Part shown: positions 1 through 9,668 of the stretch, one piece after another
Numbering within the stretch: position 1 is the stretch's first letter
Layout of the letters: each line of letters starts with the position of its first letter
NCBI GenBank assembly: GCA_016200595.1
Contig: JACQEL010000583.1
Location: 1 to 35,967, forward strand
DNA length: 35,967 bases
Reading direction: 5' to 3'
Source: Deltaproteobacteria bacterium
GTDB taxonomy: Bacteria; Desulfobacterota; Binatia; Bin18
Notes under the pieces: model-generated
What the model saw: the letters and a program-made list of their open reading frames with translations, nothing else
Databases searched by the model: none
What the model was told of the DNA's origin: nothing
Made by a program: the position numbers and the translations under genes

Positions 1-1927
1 CCGCTGGATCTTTGAAGGGGTTAATCTGCCGCAAAACCTCCAGAGAGTACTTGGGATTGAGCCGCAGGACTTCTGCTGCCTCCGCCCGCGCCTCCTCCTC
101 CCGGCCCAACTCGCTGTAGACGACAGCCAGGTTAAGGTGGACAGGCATAAGATCGGGATTGCGGGTGAGGGCTCTCTTGAAAGCGGCAATCGCCTCCTCA
201 TACCGCCCCATCAATCTGTAGTCAGTGCCTAAGGCGAATAAGTAGGTGGCTGGATAATGGGGGTTGAGGCGCATCGCCTTCTCTATCAACCCGAGGGCTT
301 CCTCCGGCCGGCCCGCAAATGTCAGAAAATTTCCCAGCCGCATATAAGCATCAGCGAAGTTAGAATCGAGGGCAATGGCCCGCTCTGCCTCGGCGATGGC
401 CTGCTCGTACTGCTTTTTCCACAGATAGACAGTGCCTAATGTCACGTGAGCCTGGGCGAGGGAGTCATCCAAGGCTACGGCCCGTTGCGCCAGTGCCAAC
501 GCCTGTTCCAGGGCCTGCGAGTCCTGACTCCATTGCAAGCTCCACTCTCTAAGGTAGGTCCAACCCAGGGAGGCGTACGCCTCCGCATACTGTGGGTCCA
601 GCTCAAGGACTTTCTCAAACATCTGCCGGGCCTGCGCATTGGCCTCTTGCGTGTAGCGATTCAAATGCTCCACCCCGCGCAAGTAGTAGTCATAGGCCTC
701 CAGGTTGTCCGTGGTCTTGCGCACCAGAATTCCTTGCTCCTGCACCGTGAGTTGGAGTTTCAGCGTCGTCACGATCTTCTGTACGACTTCATCTTGCAGG
801 GCAAAGATGTCCTGGAGGGGGCGGTCGTAATGCTCTGACCACAAGTGACCGCCGGTGGTGGCATCGATCAACTGCGCCGTGATCCGCACCTGGTTGTCAG
901 CCCTGCGCACACTGCCTTCCAATACATACCGCACGCCCAACTCCTTGCTCACGTCTTGGACTTTCACCGCTTTGCCTTTGTAGGTGAAGGCCGAGTTGCG
1001 CGCGATGACGAACAGGCTGGAGATCTTCGAGAGATCGGAGGTGAGGTCCTCAGTCATGCCATCGCTGAAATACTCCTGATCGGGATCTTTGCTCATGTTC
1101 ACAAAGGGCAACACGACGATGGAGGGTTTGTCGGGCAGCGGTAACGCCGCTGGCGCGGCTTCAGTGCTGAGTGCTGAGTCCTGAGTGCTGAGTACTAGCT
1201 GGGTGCTGGGTGTTGGGGGTTGGGTGCGGGCAGGAAAGGAGAGATAGCGGACGGCTACGATTGTTCCGGTAGTGAGCAGCAGGCCAACCACAGCCGCCAC
1301 TACCCAATTACGGTGGGCAGTGCCCACCCTACGGGGCTTTGAGCGTTGAACCTTGAACCTTGAACCTTGAACTTCAGACGCCGGACTGCGGACGCCGGAC
1401 GCCGGACTGCTGGACTCCTCCGCTCGCACCCGCCACACCCGCACCGGCTCGGCAATGTTCTTGACGGTCTGCTCGCCCAGATCTTCGTAGTGGAGGGCCA
1501 GCTTGTTCTTGACCTGGTCGTAGACGGTCCCGGCAATGAAGATCCCCCCCGGGTCGGCCAAGCCTTGCAACCGCGCCGCCACGTTGATCCCATCCCCGTA
1601 GATCTGCTCGCCCTCCACCATGACATCGCCGACATTGATGCCGAGGCGAAACTCCATCCGCCGCTCCGGCGATAACGCGGCGTTCTTGCCGCGCAGCTCC
1701 TGCTGGAGCTCGACCGCACACTGCACGGCCGCCACTGCGCTGGCAAACTCCGCCAGAATGCTGTCGCCCGCCGTCCCGACGATGCGACCACGATGCTGCT
1801 CGATCAGCCTGTCCGTCACCTGCCGGTAGGCCTGCAAGGTGCGCAGGGTCATCTCTTCATCCTCGCCCATGAGGCGGCTGTAGCCTTTGACGTCAGCACT
1901 GAGAATGGCGGTGAGCTTGCGCTCCAT
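1..1927 (-). CDS. Class III adenylate/guanylate cyclase fused to a TM segment, a TolB-N-like (COG5616-type) domain and TPR repeats. The 3' end runs off the window and the gene is absent from the ORF track.
   Basis: My own translation of the minus strand from the ATG (complement of 1925-1927, GAGGT 5 nt upstream). It reads MERKLTAILSADVKGYSRLMGEDEE...GTAGDSILAEF...RLGINVGDV...YGDGINVAARLQ, a cyclase homology domain. This is followed by the hydrophobic VVAAVVGLLLTTGTIVAV, then LPFVNMSKDPDQEYFSDGMTEDLTSDL, then TPR-like repeats (AEAYASLGWTY, AQAHVTLGTVY, ADAYMRLGNF). The frame stays open to position 1. Confidence 0.85.
   Translation of the reverse strand, partial: MERKLTAILSADVKGYSRLMGEDEEMTLRTLQAYRQVTDRLIEQHRGRIVGTAGDSILAEFASAVAAVQCAVELQQELRGKNAALSPERRMEFRLGINVGDVMVEGEQIYGDGINVAARLQGLADPGGIFIAGTVYDQVKNKLALHYEDLGEQTVKNIAEPVRVWRVRAEESSSPASGVRSPASEVQGSRFKVQRSKPRRVGTAHRNWVVAAVVGLLLTTGTIVAVRYLSFPARTQPPTPSTQLVLSTQDSALSTEAAPAALPLPDKPSIVVLPFVNMSKDPDQEYFSDGMTEDLTSDLSKISSLFVIARNSAFTYKGKAVKVQDVSKELGVRYVLEGSVRRADNQVRITAQLIDATTGGHLWSEHYDRPLQDIFALQDEVVQKIVTTLKLQLTVQEQGILVRKTTDNLEAYDYYLRGVEHLNRYTQEANAQARQMFEKVLELDPQYAEAYASLGWTYLREWSLQWSQDSQALEQALALAQRAVALDDSLAQAHVTLGTVYLWKKQYEQAIAEAERAIALDSNFADAYMRLGNFLTFAGRPEEALGLIEKAMRLNPHYPATYLFALGTDYRLMGRYEEAIAAFKRALTRNPDLMPVHLNLAVVYSELGREEEARAEAAEVLRLNPKYSLEVLRQINPFKDPA
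1163..1225. repeat. Tandem heptanucleotide array inside the cyclase linker: AGTGCTG x5 (imperfect), then GCTGGGT/GTTGGGT x4
   Basis: Direct reading gives agtgctg agtgctg agtcctg agtgctg agtacta gctgggt gctgggt gttgggg gttgggt. Confidence 0.8.
1344..1411. repeat. Two adjacent tandem heptanucleotide arrays inside the cyclase linker: CCTTGAA x4 and GACGCCG/GACTGCG x5
   Basis: Direct reading gives cgttgaa ccttgaa ccttgaa ccttgaa (1344-1371) and gacgccg gactgcg gacgccg gacgccg gactgct (1377-1411). Confidence 0.8.
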
Positions 1928-2001
1928 AGTTACCTCACACTACGACGATTATCCTCCTGGCCTCTCTTATTCGTCAAACGATAAAGATTTGCCTTCAGCA
2001 C

Positions 2002-3147
2002 TCATTTGAGCCCCGCCTTATCCAGCCGGCGTGACAAAGCGCTTCGCCGGCTGTGCTTGGCGCGAAATTGCGCGAACTTCCTCAGAAATTCGTCGCGGTT
2101 CTGTTTCAGGGTGTACGCCTCGGACAAGTCCACTAACAAGTCGCGGGCACGGTCATAAGCGGACGCGATTTGTTGCGCGACAAAGTCCTCGACCTCCCGC
2201 CAATGCTGCTCGAAATCCTCGGTTAGGGTCGCCAGATATTGCTCGCGCTGTTGTCTTTGTTTTTCCAGCGTGCGTTGCTGTTGCCGTTTTTTTCGTTCAA
2301 GATGTTCTGCTCGGGCGCGTTCCGTCAGCGTGTGCAACTCAGCGAGGGTCCGCCGCTTTTGCTCTGACGCCGCGGTCGTCGGTGAACCCTGAGCACGCCG
2401 GGCTAGCGTGTACTTTTGTCGCATTTCTCGCTCGGCTTGTTTGGCCTTGCCCTGTAACAAGAGCAGTAGGTACTGTCGTGCTTCGTCCGCCGGGATGGCT
2501 GCTACCCATTGCACCATCTCATGGGGAGAGTCTGCACGGTCCGACACGGGCGGACTTGCCTGGGCCGCAGCCGCAAGGAAATCTTCGTCGAGGCTCAGAA
2601 ACTCGACGAGCGAGTGCTGCGCCGCGGTTAAGGCTCCGAGCCCCATGGGCACTGGCGGTTCGCTCGTCTCTTCGGAAATATCGTCGAGGCTGGCGGCAGC
2701 GAGCCAGCCGAGGTAGAGCGCACGGTAATCGCCCCGTTCGAGCTCTTCGCGGATTGGCATCAGACGCGCCATCCAGCCCTCGCCCTCAACCCAGTCGTCG
2801 CCCGGTTCTCCCTCTCTGTGCCACTCGATGATCAGGTGTTCACCCTTCGTCCAGCCGTGCAACCCCTCCTCAACGCAGTACGGGGCCAGCATCTCTTTGC
2901 TCAGCAGGGTTTTTGGCAGTCTCAGCATCAAGAGCTGGGTCCCCCAGTTGGCCACGTAGACATGGGCATCGAAGTACTGCTCCATCAGTTTCTCAGGGGA
3001 ACCCTTAAAGTCACCCCAGCTGTAGACATTGGTAAAGCGCGTAGACGTGATCTCGGCGCGGGTGGAAAGGGCGCGCAAGGCGGCCATCTGCTTGGCCTCG
3101 AGGGGACAGTCAATCGCCAGAAATTCGTAGTATTGATATTCGCTCAT
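2002..3147 (-). CDS. Conserved hypothetical protein with N-terminus MSEYQYYEFLAIDCPL and a charged coiled-coil-like C-terminus
   Basis: The ORF track gives 2002..3231. I prefer the internal ATG at 3147 (codon 29) because AAGGGA lies about 7 nt upstream and the preceding 28 residues are low-complexity (S-rich). I recognise no catalytic motif. Confidence 0.6.
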   Translation of the reverse strand: MSEYQYYEFLAIDCPLEAKQMAALRALSTRAEITSTRFTNVYSWGDFKGSPEKLMEQYFDAHVYVANWGTQLLMLRLPKTLLSKEMLAPYCVEEGLHGWTKGEHLIIEWHREGEPGDDWVEGEGWMARLMPIREELERGDYRALYLGWLAAASLDDISEETSEPPVPMGLGALTAAQHSLVEFLSLDEDFLAAAAQASPPVSDRADSPHEMVQWVAAIPADEARQYLLLLLQGKAKQAEREMRQKYTLARRAQGSPTTAASEQKRRTLAELHTLTERARAEHLERKKRQQQRTLEKQRQQREQYLATLTEDFEQHWREVEDFVAQQIASAYDRARDLLVDLSEAYTLKQNRDEFLRKFAQFRAKHSRRSALSRRLDKAGLK

Positions 3148-3249
3148 GAACTCATCCCTTTCTGTAGATGGACTTGCTGTGAAGGACGATAGGCTGGAGG
3201 AATTATCCTGCTGGCTCCTTCTGTTGGTCAAGAGGGCATCAGGACAACA

Positions 3250-4335
3250 CTAGCGCGAGAATTGTGGGCGGAGGCGGACTATGCCGACGAGAGCGAGGGT
3301 TACAGCGAAGAGCAGAAGAACAGCGACTGCGGGAAGGATGTTACGGACAGAGGCATGGTCAAAGATGAGCGCCAAATACGCGTCCATGGCCCAGGCTGCA
3401 GGTGAGAAATGACTAAGAGTTTTCATAACAGGGGGAACAATTTCGAGAGGCCACATACAGCCGCCGAGCATGCCGAGGACCGTGCCGAGCCATGGACCCA
3501 GGGAGGTGGCTTGCTCGGGAGTGCGAAACACCGTGCCCATGCAGAAAACCAGCGAGACTCCAAAACAGATGAGCGCTGCAGTGACGAGGAGCACTCCCAG
3601 CGAGTCGCCCCAGGGGATGCCGAAGGCGAGCCAGGTGCTCCCTATCAGGAAAGCTGCCTGGATACTCATGACCTGCAGCGGCCCAATAGCGAGCATGGCA
3701 AAAAGTTCCCAGGTGCGCCTGGGGGTAGCGAGCAGGCGTTTCGCCAGTCCAGAGCGACGTAACTGGATGATAGCGAGCGAAGCAACAAAGCCGTGGATCA
3801 TAATAAAGAGCACCACGTTGGCCGGCGCCGTGTACCGGAAGCCGAGGCGTGGCGCGCCAGCCAGCCCACCACCAGGAAAACGAGTTGTGATGTCAAAGGG
3901 CGCAGCCCCGCGGTCCCTGCGACTGAGTGCGGCATCGATGGTCGCGCGAATGATCGGTGCTCCGACGCTCGCCTGAGATAAGTAGACTTCGAGGTCGTCC
4001 GTGCCACGCCAGCCAGGCGGGATGAGGATCCCGCCGTTCAGGCGACCGCGGAAGACCGCAATGCGCATCGTCTCTTGGTCGGCATAGCTGCGGATGCGGA
4101 GGGGTGCCCGTGCGGCCAAGTCGGCGAGGAACGTATGGCTCACGTCGGTGTCAGCGCGATCGAGCACCCCGATGACGAACGACGGGTCGCTATAGCCACC
4201 CATAGCGAGGCCGATCACGGTGATCACGACGATCGGCAGGAGGAAGAGGATGAACATCCGCTGCCGGTTTCGCCTCGCACTGGCGCCGCTGGCCGCCGCG
4301 GCGGCTACGATCGCGCTGAGCCCAAGCCGTGCCAT
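3250..4335 (-). CDS. ABC-2 type transporter permease
   Basis: 361 aa with an N-terminal TM helix (MFILFLLPIVVITVIGLAMGG), a large extracytoplasmic loop and about 5 C-terminal TM helices. The start overlaps the stop of the upstream permease, downstream of an ABC ATPase. Confidence 0.8.
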   Translation of the reverse strand: MARLGLSAIVAAAAASGASARRNRQRMFILFLLPIVVITVIGLAMGGYSDPSFVIGVLDRADTDVSHTFLADLAARAPLRIRSYADQETMRIAVFRGRLNGGILIPPGWRGTDDLEVYLSQASVGAPIIRATIDAALSRRDRGAAPFDITTRFPGGGLAGAPRLGFRYTAPANVVLFIMIHGFVASLAIIQLRRSGLAKRLLATPRRTWELFAMLAIGPLQVMSIQAAFLIGSTWLAFGIPWGDSLGVLLVTAALICFGVSLVFCMGTVFRTPEQATSLGPWLGTVLGMLGGCMWPLEIVPPVMKTLSHFSPAAWAMDAYLALIFDHASVRNILPAVAVLLLFAVTLALVGIVRLRPQFSR

Positions 4336-5450
4336 TAGAGCGCCCGCTGCAGTGCCTTACGCGCCTTGACGGCAGCAAACGCAATGCCCGACAAACCCAC
4401 ACCGCCGGTCACCAGCAAAGGCTCGAGGATGGTGCGCACACTGCCCGTGCCTGCGGCGGCCGCGAGATCGGTGAAGCCGCGAAATGCCTGGCCGTTTGGG
4501 GTGAGGCGGTTGAGGGTTTCGAACACATCAGGCAGTCCTTGCGGAGGGAGGAACTGCCCACCCACCACCGCCAGCAAGAAGATCACGATGCTCGCCAGCC
4601 CTTGTCCTTGCTCGGCATTCTCAGCCAGACTCATGAAGAATGCGGTGAGACCAATCGCCATGAGCACGCTGGTGCCGACGAGCACGACCACCGGTAGCGG
4701 GTTTCCCCAGCTGGTCCCGAAGAGCAGCGACGTCGCCACGATCATCACCGCCATCTGCACGAGGCCAACGATCACCAGCGCTGCAAACTTGCCAGCTAAG
4801 ATTATGACGGGCTCAGCGGGCGTGGCCATAAGCCGCACGATGGTGCCGCTATCGATCTCAGATTGCAACGCCCGCACGCCCGAGAGCACGGTAAAAGTCA
4901 GAAAGAGTACTGCCATCGACGCGGCAAAGAAGTCAACCGTGCGCAAGCGCCCACCAGGCGAGAGCGGCAGCACCGAGGGAATGGCGCGCGCGCTCTCTGT
5001 TGTCGCTGTAGCTGTCGCGCGGCTCAGGAAGTCGCGGACCAACGCCTCAGTCATACGCGCGGAGAACGGGTGATCGCCGGCAGCAAGAATCTCAACAGGG
5101 ACAGTCCGGCTAGCACGAGCCGCCTTCGCAAAACCGGCTTGGAGTACGACCGCACCTTCTGCGTTCCCGTCGGTGACAGCAGCTTCAGCTGCGGCGAGCG
5201 AATCGACGCGGTTTACATAGACGATACCTTGCAACGAAGGACGCTCGACGAAGGCGAGGAACGCCTGTGACAACTCCGAGCCATCGAGATCCGCGATCGC
5301 CAGGCGCATGCGGAAACTCTCCGAGCGGCCAAGCGCCAAGCCCATCAGGGTGGTCAGCACGAGCGGGACGACCACCGCGAGCATGAGCGCCGTGCGATCG
5401 CGCAGCCGCTGGCGCAGGTCTTTCAGACAGATGGTCCAGGCGTAGCGCAC
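4335..5450 (-). CDS. ABC-2 type transporter permease (second subunit)
   Basis: 371 aa with the same topology: N-terminal TM helix ALMLAVVVPLVLTTLMGL, a loop and a C-terminal TM bundle. It begins 8 nt after the ATPase gene. Confidence 0.8.
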   Translation of the reverse strand: MRYAWTICLKDLRQRLRDRTALMLAVVVPLVLTTLMGLALGRSESFRMRLAIADLDGSELSQAFLAFVERPSLQGIVYVNRVDSLAAAEAAVTDGNAEGAVVLQAGFAKAARASRTVPVEILAAGDHPFSARMTEALVRDFLSRATATATTESARAIPSVLPLSPGGRLRTVDFFAASMAVLFLTFTVLSGVRALQSEIDSGTIVRLMATPAEPVIILAGKFAALVIVGLVQMAVMIVATSLLFGTSWGNPLPVVVLVGTSVLMAIGLTAFFMSLAENAEQGQGLASIVIFLLAVVGGQFLPPQGLPDVFETLNRLTPNGQAFRGFTDLAAAAGTGSVRTILEPLLVTGGVGLSGIAFAAVKARKALQRAL

Positions 5451-5457
5451 GAGTGCT

Positions 5458-6417
5458 TCAGTCCCGCAGCATCCGTCCCGTCAGACGCAGAAAGACGTCC
5501 TCGAGGCTGGGTTCGACGACTTTGACATTCGCCACCACCAGGCCGGTGTTGAGGAGCGCGGTCAGCAGTGGGGGAAGTCGATGCGCACCCTCGTCGGCAA
5601 ATACGTGGAGACGCTCAGCCACTACTGCAGCCGAGTGAACACCCTCAAGCCCAGTCACCACGGACACTGCCCGCTCGAGTCCTTCGTCGTGCTCAAGCCC
5701 AATCTCAATACGCACCGCCCGACCCAAGTCAGCGACCAGTTCCGAGCGCGTGCCCTCGGTAATGAGTTTGCCCGCGTCAATGATGCCAATACGAGAGCAC
5801 AGGCGCTCAGCCTCCTCCATATAGTGGGTGGTGTAAAGGATGGCCGTGCCTTCGTCGCGCAAGCGCTCGACCAGCTCGAAGATCGCACTACGGCTTTGCG
5901 GATCGACCCCTACCGTCGGCTCATCCAGGATCAACAACTTGGGCTGGTGCAGGATCCCACAGGCGAGGTTGAGGCGCCGCTGCATGCCGCCCGAGTAGGT
6001 ACTCACAACGTCATCAGCGCGCTTCGTCAGTCCTACAGCCTGGAGCGCCTCTTCTACCGCCCGCCGGAGTCCGTCACCACGGCGATCGTACATCCGCCCC
6101 CAAAAGTGCAGGTTTTCACGAGCAGTGAGATCTAAGTACAGGGTGATGGCCTGCGGCACGATGCCTATCTGTGCGCGTGCCGGCGGCCCGGCATCGATAT
6201 CGAGGCCGTCGATCTCGACCTCTCCAGCATCGCGCGCAAGAATTCCGGCGATCATCGAGATCGAGGTAGTCTTGCCCGCGCCGTTGGGGCCCAGCAGACC
6301 GTAGACCTCGCCCGGCTTGATCGCGAAGCTCACCCCGTCAACCGCTACCCGCGCGCCAAAGCGTTTCTGCAATCCCCGTACGCTGAGCATGAGCGGCCTA
6401 CTTACAGCAGTTTTCAT
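5458..6417 (-). CDS. ABC transporter ATP-binding protein (DrrA/ABC-2 exporter type)
   Basis: Walker A GLLGPNGAGKTT, signature YSGGMQRRLNLA, Walker B LLILDEPTVGVD and H-loop YTTHYMEE. Confidence 0.9.
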   Translation of the reverse strand: MKTAVSRPLMLSVRGLQKRFGARVAVDGVSFAIKPGEVYGLLGPNGAGKTTSISMIAGILARDAGEVEIDGLDIDAGPPARAQIGIVPQAITLYLDLTARENLHFWGRMYDRRGDGLRRAVEEALQAVGLTKRADDVVSTYSGGMQRRLNLACGILHQPKLLILDEPTVGVDPQSRSAIFELVERLRDEGTAILYTTHYMEEAERLCSRIGIIDAGKLITEGTRSELVADLGRAVRIEIGLEHDEGLERAVSVVTGLEGVHSAAVVAERLHVFADEGAHRLPPLLTALLNTGLVVANVKVVEPSLEDVFLRLTGRMLRD

Positions 6418-6448
6418 TTGAGCGAGGAGACATACGGTTTTCTCAGTC

Positions 6449-6524
6449 GTAGGCCGGGATAAGACCGCAGTCCGTTCCCGGCGTGCGCGTCGCTGCCGGA
6501 AACGCTCCGCTTATTCTGGCCTAC
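6449..6524. repeat. REP-like imperfect palindrome / long hairpin between the aldo-keto reductase stop and the ABC operon start
   Basis: Outer arms are gtaggccgggataag (6449-6463) and cttattctggcctac (6510-6524). Inner arms are cgttcccggc and gccggaaacg. It may act as a terminator for the reductase gene. Confidence 0.5.
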
Positions 6525-6563
6525 CTTCTTGCTCTCTTCATGCAAGGGCAAACCGCTGTAGGC

Positions 6564-7514
6564 TCACACTGGCGCGAGCGGTGCCAGGGCATCGATCTCC
6601 GCGAGCTCGGCGGCCGACAGCTTCCAGTTTGCCGCTGTGGCATTGGCGCGCACTTGTTCGGGCGTAGTCGCACCGGCAATGACCGAGACTACACAGGGAT
6701 GCGCAGCCAGCCAGGACACTGCCAGTTCTAAAAGCGTATGACCGCGTTTCTCGGCGAAGTTCGTGAGGGCTTCGACCTTGGTAAAGTTCTCCTCCGTAGC
6801 CAAACCCTGGGCAAACTTAAAGGTAGCCAGGCGTGTCCCGGCAGCAAACTCCGCGCCTCGCCGGTATTTGCCCGTTAGCATGCCGCTGGCCAGCGGGAAG
6901 TATGGGAGTTGCCCCAGCCCGTACCGATCACAGCCAGGAATGACTTCCCGTTCAGCCCCACGATTCAGCAAACTCCAGTCGTTCTGAGCCGTGACGAAAG
7001 GCGCGAAGCGGCGCTCTCGTGCTTGGGTGGTCGCCTCTGCGAGCTGCGCGCCGGAGAAGTTGGAACAGCCTACCGTTCGGACTTTGCCTTGACGCACCAG
7101 GTCGTCCAAGGCGGCCAGGGTTTCTTCGATTGGCGTGGTCGGATCAGGATAGTGCATCTGGTAGAGATCGACCCAGTCGGTGCGCAGTCGCTGTAGACTC
7201 GCCTCCAGACAGGTGACGATGTATGCCCGCGTCCCCCAGCGCTCGCCGCTTTTGCGCATCATGGCCACACCGCCGAATTTCGTTGCCAATACGATCTCTT
7301 TGCGCCGCGGGCCCAGCACCTGGCCGATAAAGTCTTCGGACTGGCCATTGCCATACATATCCGCAGTGTCAAAGAAGGTGATGCCGGCGTCGAGGGCGGC
7401 ATCAATGACGGCGCGACTGGCTGTGAAGTCAATCTTCATCCCGAAATTATTACAGCCGAGACCGACCAGACTCGCCGCGAGTCCCGAAGTACCGAGTGGA
7501 CGCTTCTCTATCAT
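6564..7514 (-). CDS. Aldo/keto reductase family oxidoreductase
   Basis: 316 aa with N-terminus RPLGTSGLAASLVGLGCNNFG, then FFDTADMYGNGQSE and a typical AKR (Tas/YghZ-like) layout. Confidence 0.9.
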   Translation of the reverse strand: MIEKRPLGTSGLAASLVGLGCNNFGMKIDFTASRAVIDAALDAGITFFDTADMYGNGQSEDFIGQVLGPRRKEIVLATKFGGVAMMRKSGERWGTRAYIVTCLEASLQRLRTDWVDLYQMHYPDPTTPIEETLAALDDLVRQGKVRTVGCSNFSGAQLAEATTQARERRFAPFVTAQNDWSLLNRGAEREVIPGCDRYGLGQLPYFPLASGMLTGKYRRGAEFAAGTRLATFKFAQGLATEENFTKVEALTNFAEKRGHTLLELAVSWLAAHPCVVSVIAGATTPEQVRANATAANWKLSAAELAEIDALAPLAPV

Positions 7515-7671
7515 GAATTGTCTCCTTCGCGCAGTGGTGTATACAAGCCGGCCAAGGCTACCATGTTCCCTGTGGCAATTCGAGAGAGAGGGCGAGGTAA
7601 ATTCCTGAGAATGGGTTGACCGTGAGGGAGCAGAAACACCTCGCGCCCTCGGCGAAAAGACTCAGTTTCTC

Positions 7672-7701
7672 TTGACCTTTGCCCGGCAGAACCGGTAGAG
7701 T
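7672..7701 (+). promoter_or_regulatory. Candidate sigma70-type promoter for the helicase operon
   Basis: TTGACC (7672-7677), an 18-nt spacer, then TAGAGT (7696-7701), about 70 nt upstream of the ATG at 7770. This is a pattern match only. Confidence 0.25.
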
Positions 7702-7769
7702 CTGCCCATTGTTCTAACGAACGCTTTCTCAGAGAGACGTTCGCTCCTTAGGCGGGGCAGGGTAGAGCT

Positions 7770-9650
7770 ATGCATATCTTTCATCTGCGTGATCGACTTA
7801 TCCAGGAGTACGCTGCTTATACATCAAGCTTCGTTCAGATCCGGGACCAACAGATCAAAGCCTATGTTGACCAATGTCTCGCTGCCGGCGTGCTCTGGCC
7901 TGAGCCGTTGATTCAACTGAATCCTTCATTTGAACCAGGAGAGTGGATCGACGAGCTAGTGTACGCTGGCATACTTCACACGGAATGCAGCCGGATTTTC
8001 CGTAAGGATAAACACGGCAGCACGAGTGAAGGTCAGCCGCTGCGCTTACATCGCCACCAAGCGGAAGCCATCCGCACGGCCAAGGGTGGAGACAACTACA
8101 TCCTCACAACCGGAACAGGTTCGGGAAAGAGCCTCGCGTACATTGTCCCCATCGTTGATCACGTCCTCCGGCGAGGCAGTGGCCGCGGTATTCAAGGGTT
8201 TATTGTTTACCCCATGAATGCATTGGCGAACAGCCAGTACGGAGAACTTAAGAAGTTTCTCTGTCACGGGTACCCAGATGGCAAAGGGCCTGTTACTTTT
8301 GAACGCTACACGGGACAAGAATCAGAGCAAGACAAGCAGCGAATTATCACCAATCCGCCTGATATCCTCCTCACAAACTATGTGATGTTGGAACTCCTAC
8401 TCACGCGGCCGCGGGAGAAAAATCTCATTCAAGCTGCGCAGGGACTCCAGTTCCTCGTCCTCGATGAATTGCATACGTACCGTGGTCGCCAAGGGGCTGA
8501 TGTGGCACTGCTCGTTCGCCGGGTTCGAGATGCCCTTGCAGCATCCCAGCTCCAGTGTGTGGGCACTTCGGCGACGATCGCGGGGATAGGGACCTATGAT
8601 GAACAACGGGCCGAGGTCGCTCAGGTTGCGTCACTCCTATTTGGTACGAAAGTGAAGTCCGAACACGTTATTGGTGAAACTCTCCGCCATGCCACGCCAG
8701 CGAGAGACTTGAGTGATCCGGCATTTGTCACCACACTAAGGCAACGCATCGAAGATCCAACTCGCCATCCTCCGACAAACTATCAGGAATTCGTCAAAGA
8801 TCCGCTTTCGAGCTGGATTGAGACCGTCTTCGGGGTGCGCGCGGAGTCTGGGAGCAGACGCCTCATCCGTGCGCGACCTCGGAGCATTTCTGGTCCCGAC
8901 GGAGCTGCTCAGGAACTCAGTTGCCTCACTAACGTCCCTGAATCGCGATGTATAGCGGCTCTCCAAGAAGGGCTCCTTGCCGGCTACACCTGTGAACTTC
9001 CTCCAGAAGAGCGTTTCCCGCCGTTTGCGTTTCGCTTACATCAATTCATCAGCCGTGGTGACACGGTGTACGCCTCGCTTGAACGAGAAGAAGAGCGCCA
9101 TATCACGATCCAGCGCCAACAATATGTTCCTGGGGACCGTAGCCGTGTCCTACTTCCGCTCGTGTTTTGCCGCGAGTGTGGCCAAGAATACTACTGTGTC
9201 CGCGCCACCTCGCAGAACGATGCGCAGAAGAAGGAGTACATCCCGCGCGAACTGTCTGACCGTTTGAGTGACGAAGAAGGTGAGGCGGGTTTTCTGTATT
9301 TTAGCTCGACTGCTCCCTGGCCTATCGATGCAGAAGAGATGTTGAAGAGACTACCGGATGAGTGGCTTGAGGACTTCCACGATACGCTTCGGGTTCGCAC
9401 CAGCCGACGAGATGACTTGCCAAAGCCGGTTCGAGTTGGTGCTGATGGGCAAGAGGGTGATCAAGGACTCGACTGTGTCTTTCTCAGCGCGCCATTCCGT
9501 TTCTGCCTGTATTGTGGTGTCTCGTATGGAGCCCGCCAATCATCAGATTTCGCCAAACTCAGTTCTCTGGGTACGGAAGGACGCAGTACGGCCACGACGA
9601 TCTTGAGCTTGTCGGCAATCCGCAACCTGCGCCTCGATTCTGATCTTTAG
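7770..9650 (+). CDS. N-terminal half (RecA1 lobe) of a DrmA/COG1205-like DExH helicase, ending at an in-frame TAG
   Basis: Motif I TTGTGSGKSLAY, motif II LVLDELHTYRG and motif III GTSATI. No C-terminal helicase lobe is present before the TAG at 9648-9650. Confidence 0.85.
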   Translation: MHIFHLRDRLIQEYAAYTSSFVQIRDQQIKAYVDQCLAAGVLWPEPLIQLNPSFEPGEWIDELVYAGILHTECSRIFRKDKHGSTSEGQPLRLHRHQAEAIRTAKGGDNYILTTGTGSGKSLAYIVPIVDHVLRRGSGRGIQGFIVYPMNALANSQYGELKKFLCHGYPDGKGPVTFERYTGQESEQDKQRIITNPPDILLTNYVMLELLLTRPREKNLIQAAQGLQFLVLDELHTYRGRQGADVALLVRRVRDALAASQLQCVGTSATIAGIGTYDEQRAEVAQVASLLFGTKVKSEHVIGETLRHATPARDLSDPAFVTTLRQRIEDPTRHPPTNYQEFVKDPLSSWIETVFGVRAESGSRRLIRARPRSISGPDGAAQELSCLTNVPESRCIAALQEGLLAGYTCELPPEERFPPFAFRLHQFISRGDTVYASLEREEERHITIQRQQYVPGDRSRVLLPLVFCRECGQEYYCVRATSQNDAQKKEYIPRELSDRLSDEEGEAGFLYFSSTAPWPIDAEEMLKRLPDEWLEDFHDTLRVRTSRRDDLPKPVRVGADGQEGDQGLDCVFLSAPFRFCLYCGVSYGARQSSDFAKLSSLGTEGRSTATTILSLSAIRNLRLDSDL

Positions 9651-9668
9651 GCAGAGGCACGAAAGCTG

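Noticed and set aside
257-1144. Three plus-strand ORFs (60, 130 and 99 aa) in the ORF track
   Set aside because: They are antisense to a long minus-strand frame with clear TPR and TolB-N-like motifs that continues from the cyclase gene. Their translations are low-complexity, typical of GC-rich antisense frames.
1163-1411. Possible CRISPR-like or minisatellite array
   Set aside because: The units are contiguous 7-nt repeats without spacers and lie inside a coding frame, so this is not a CRISPR array. It is reported as a heptamer repeat finding instead.
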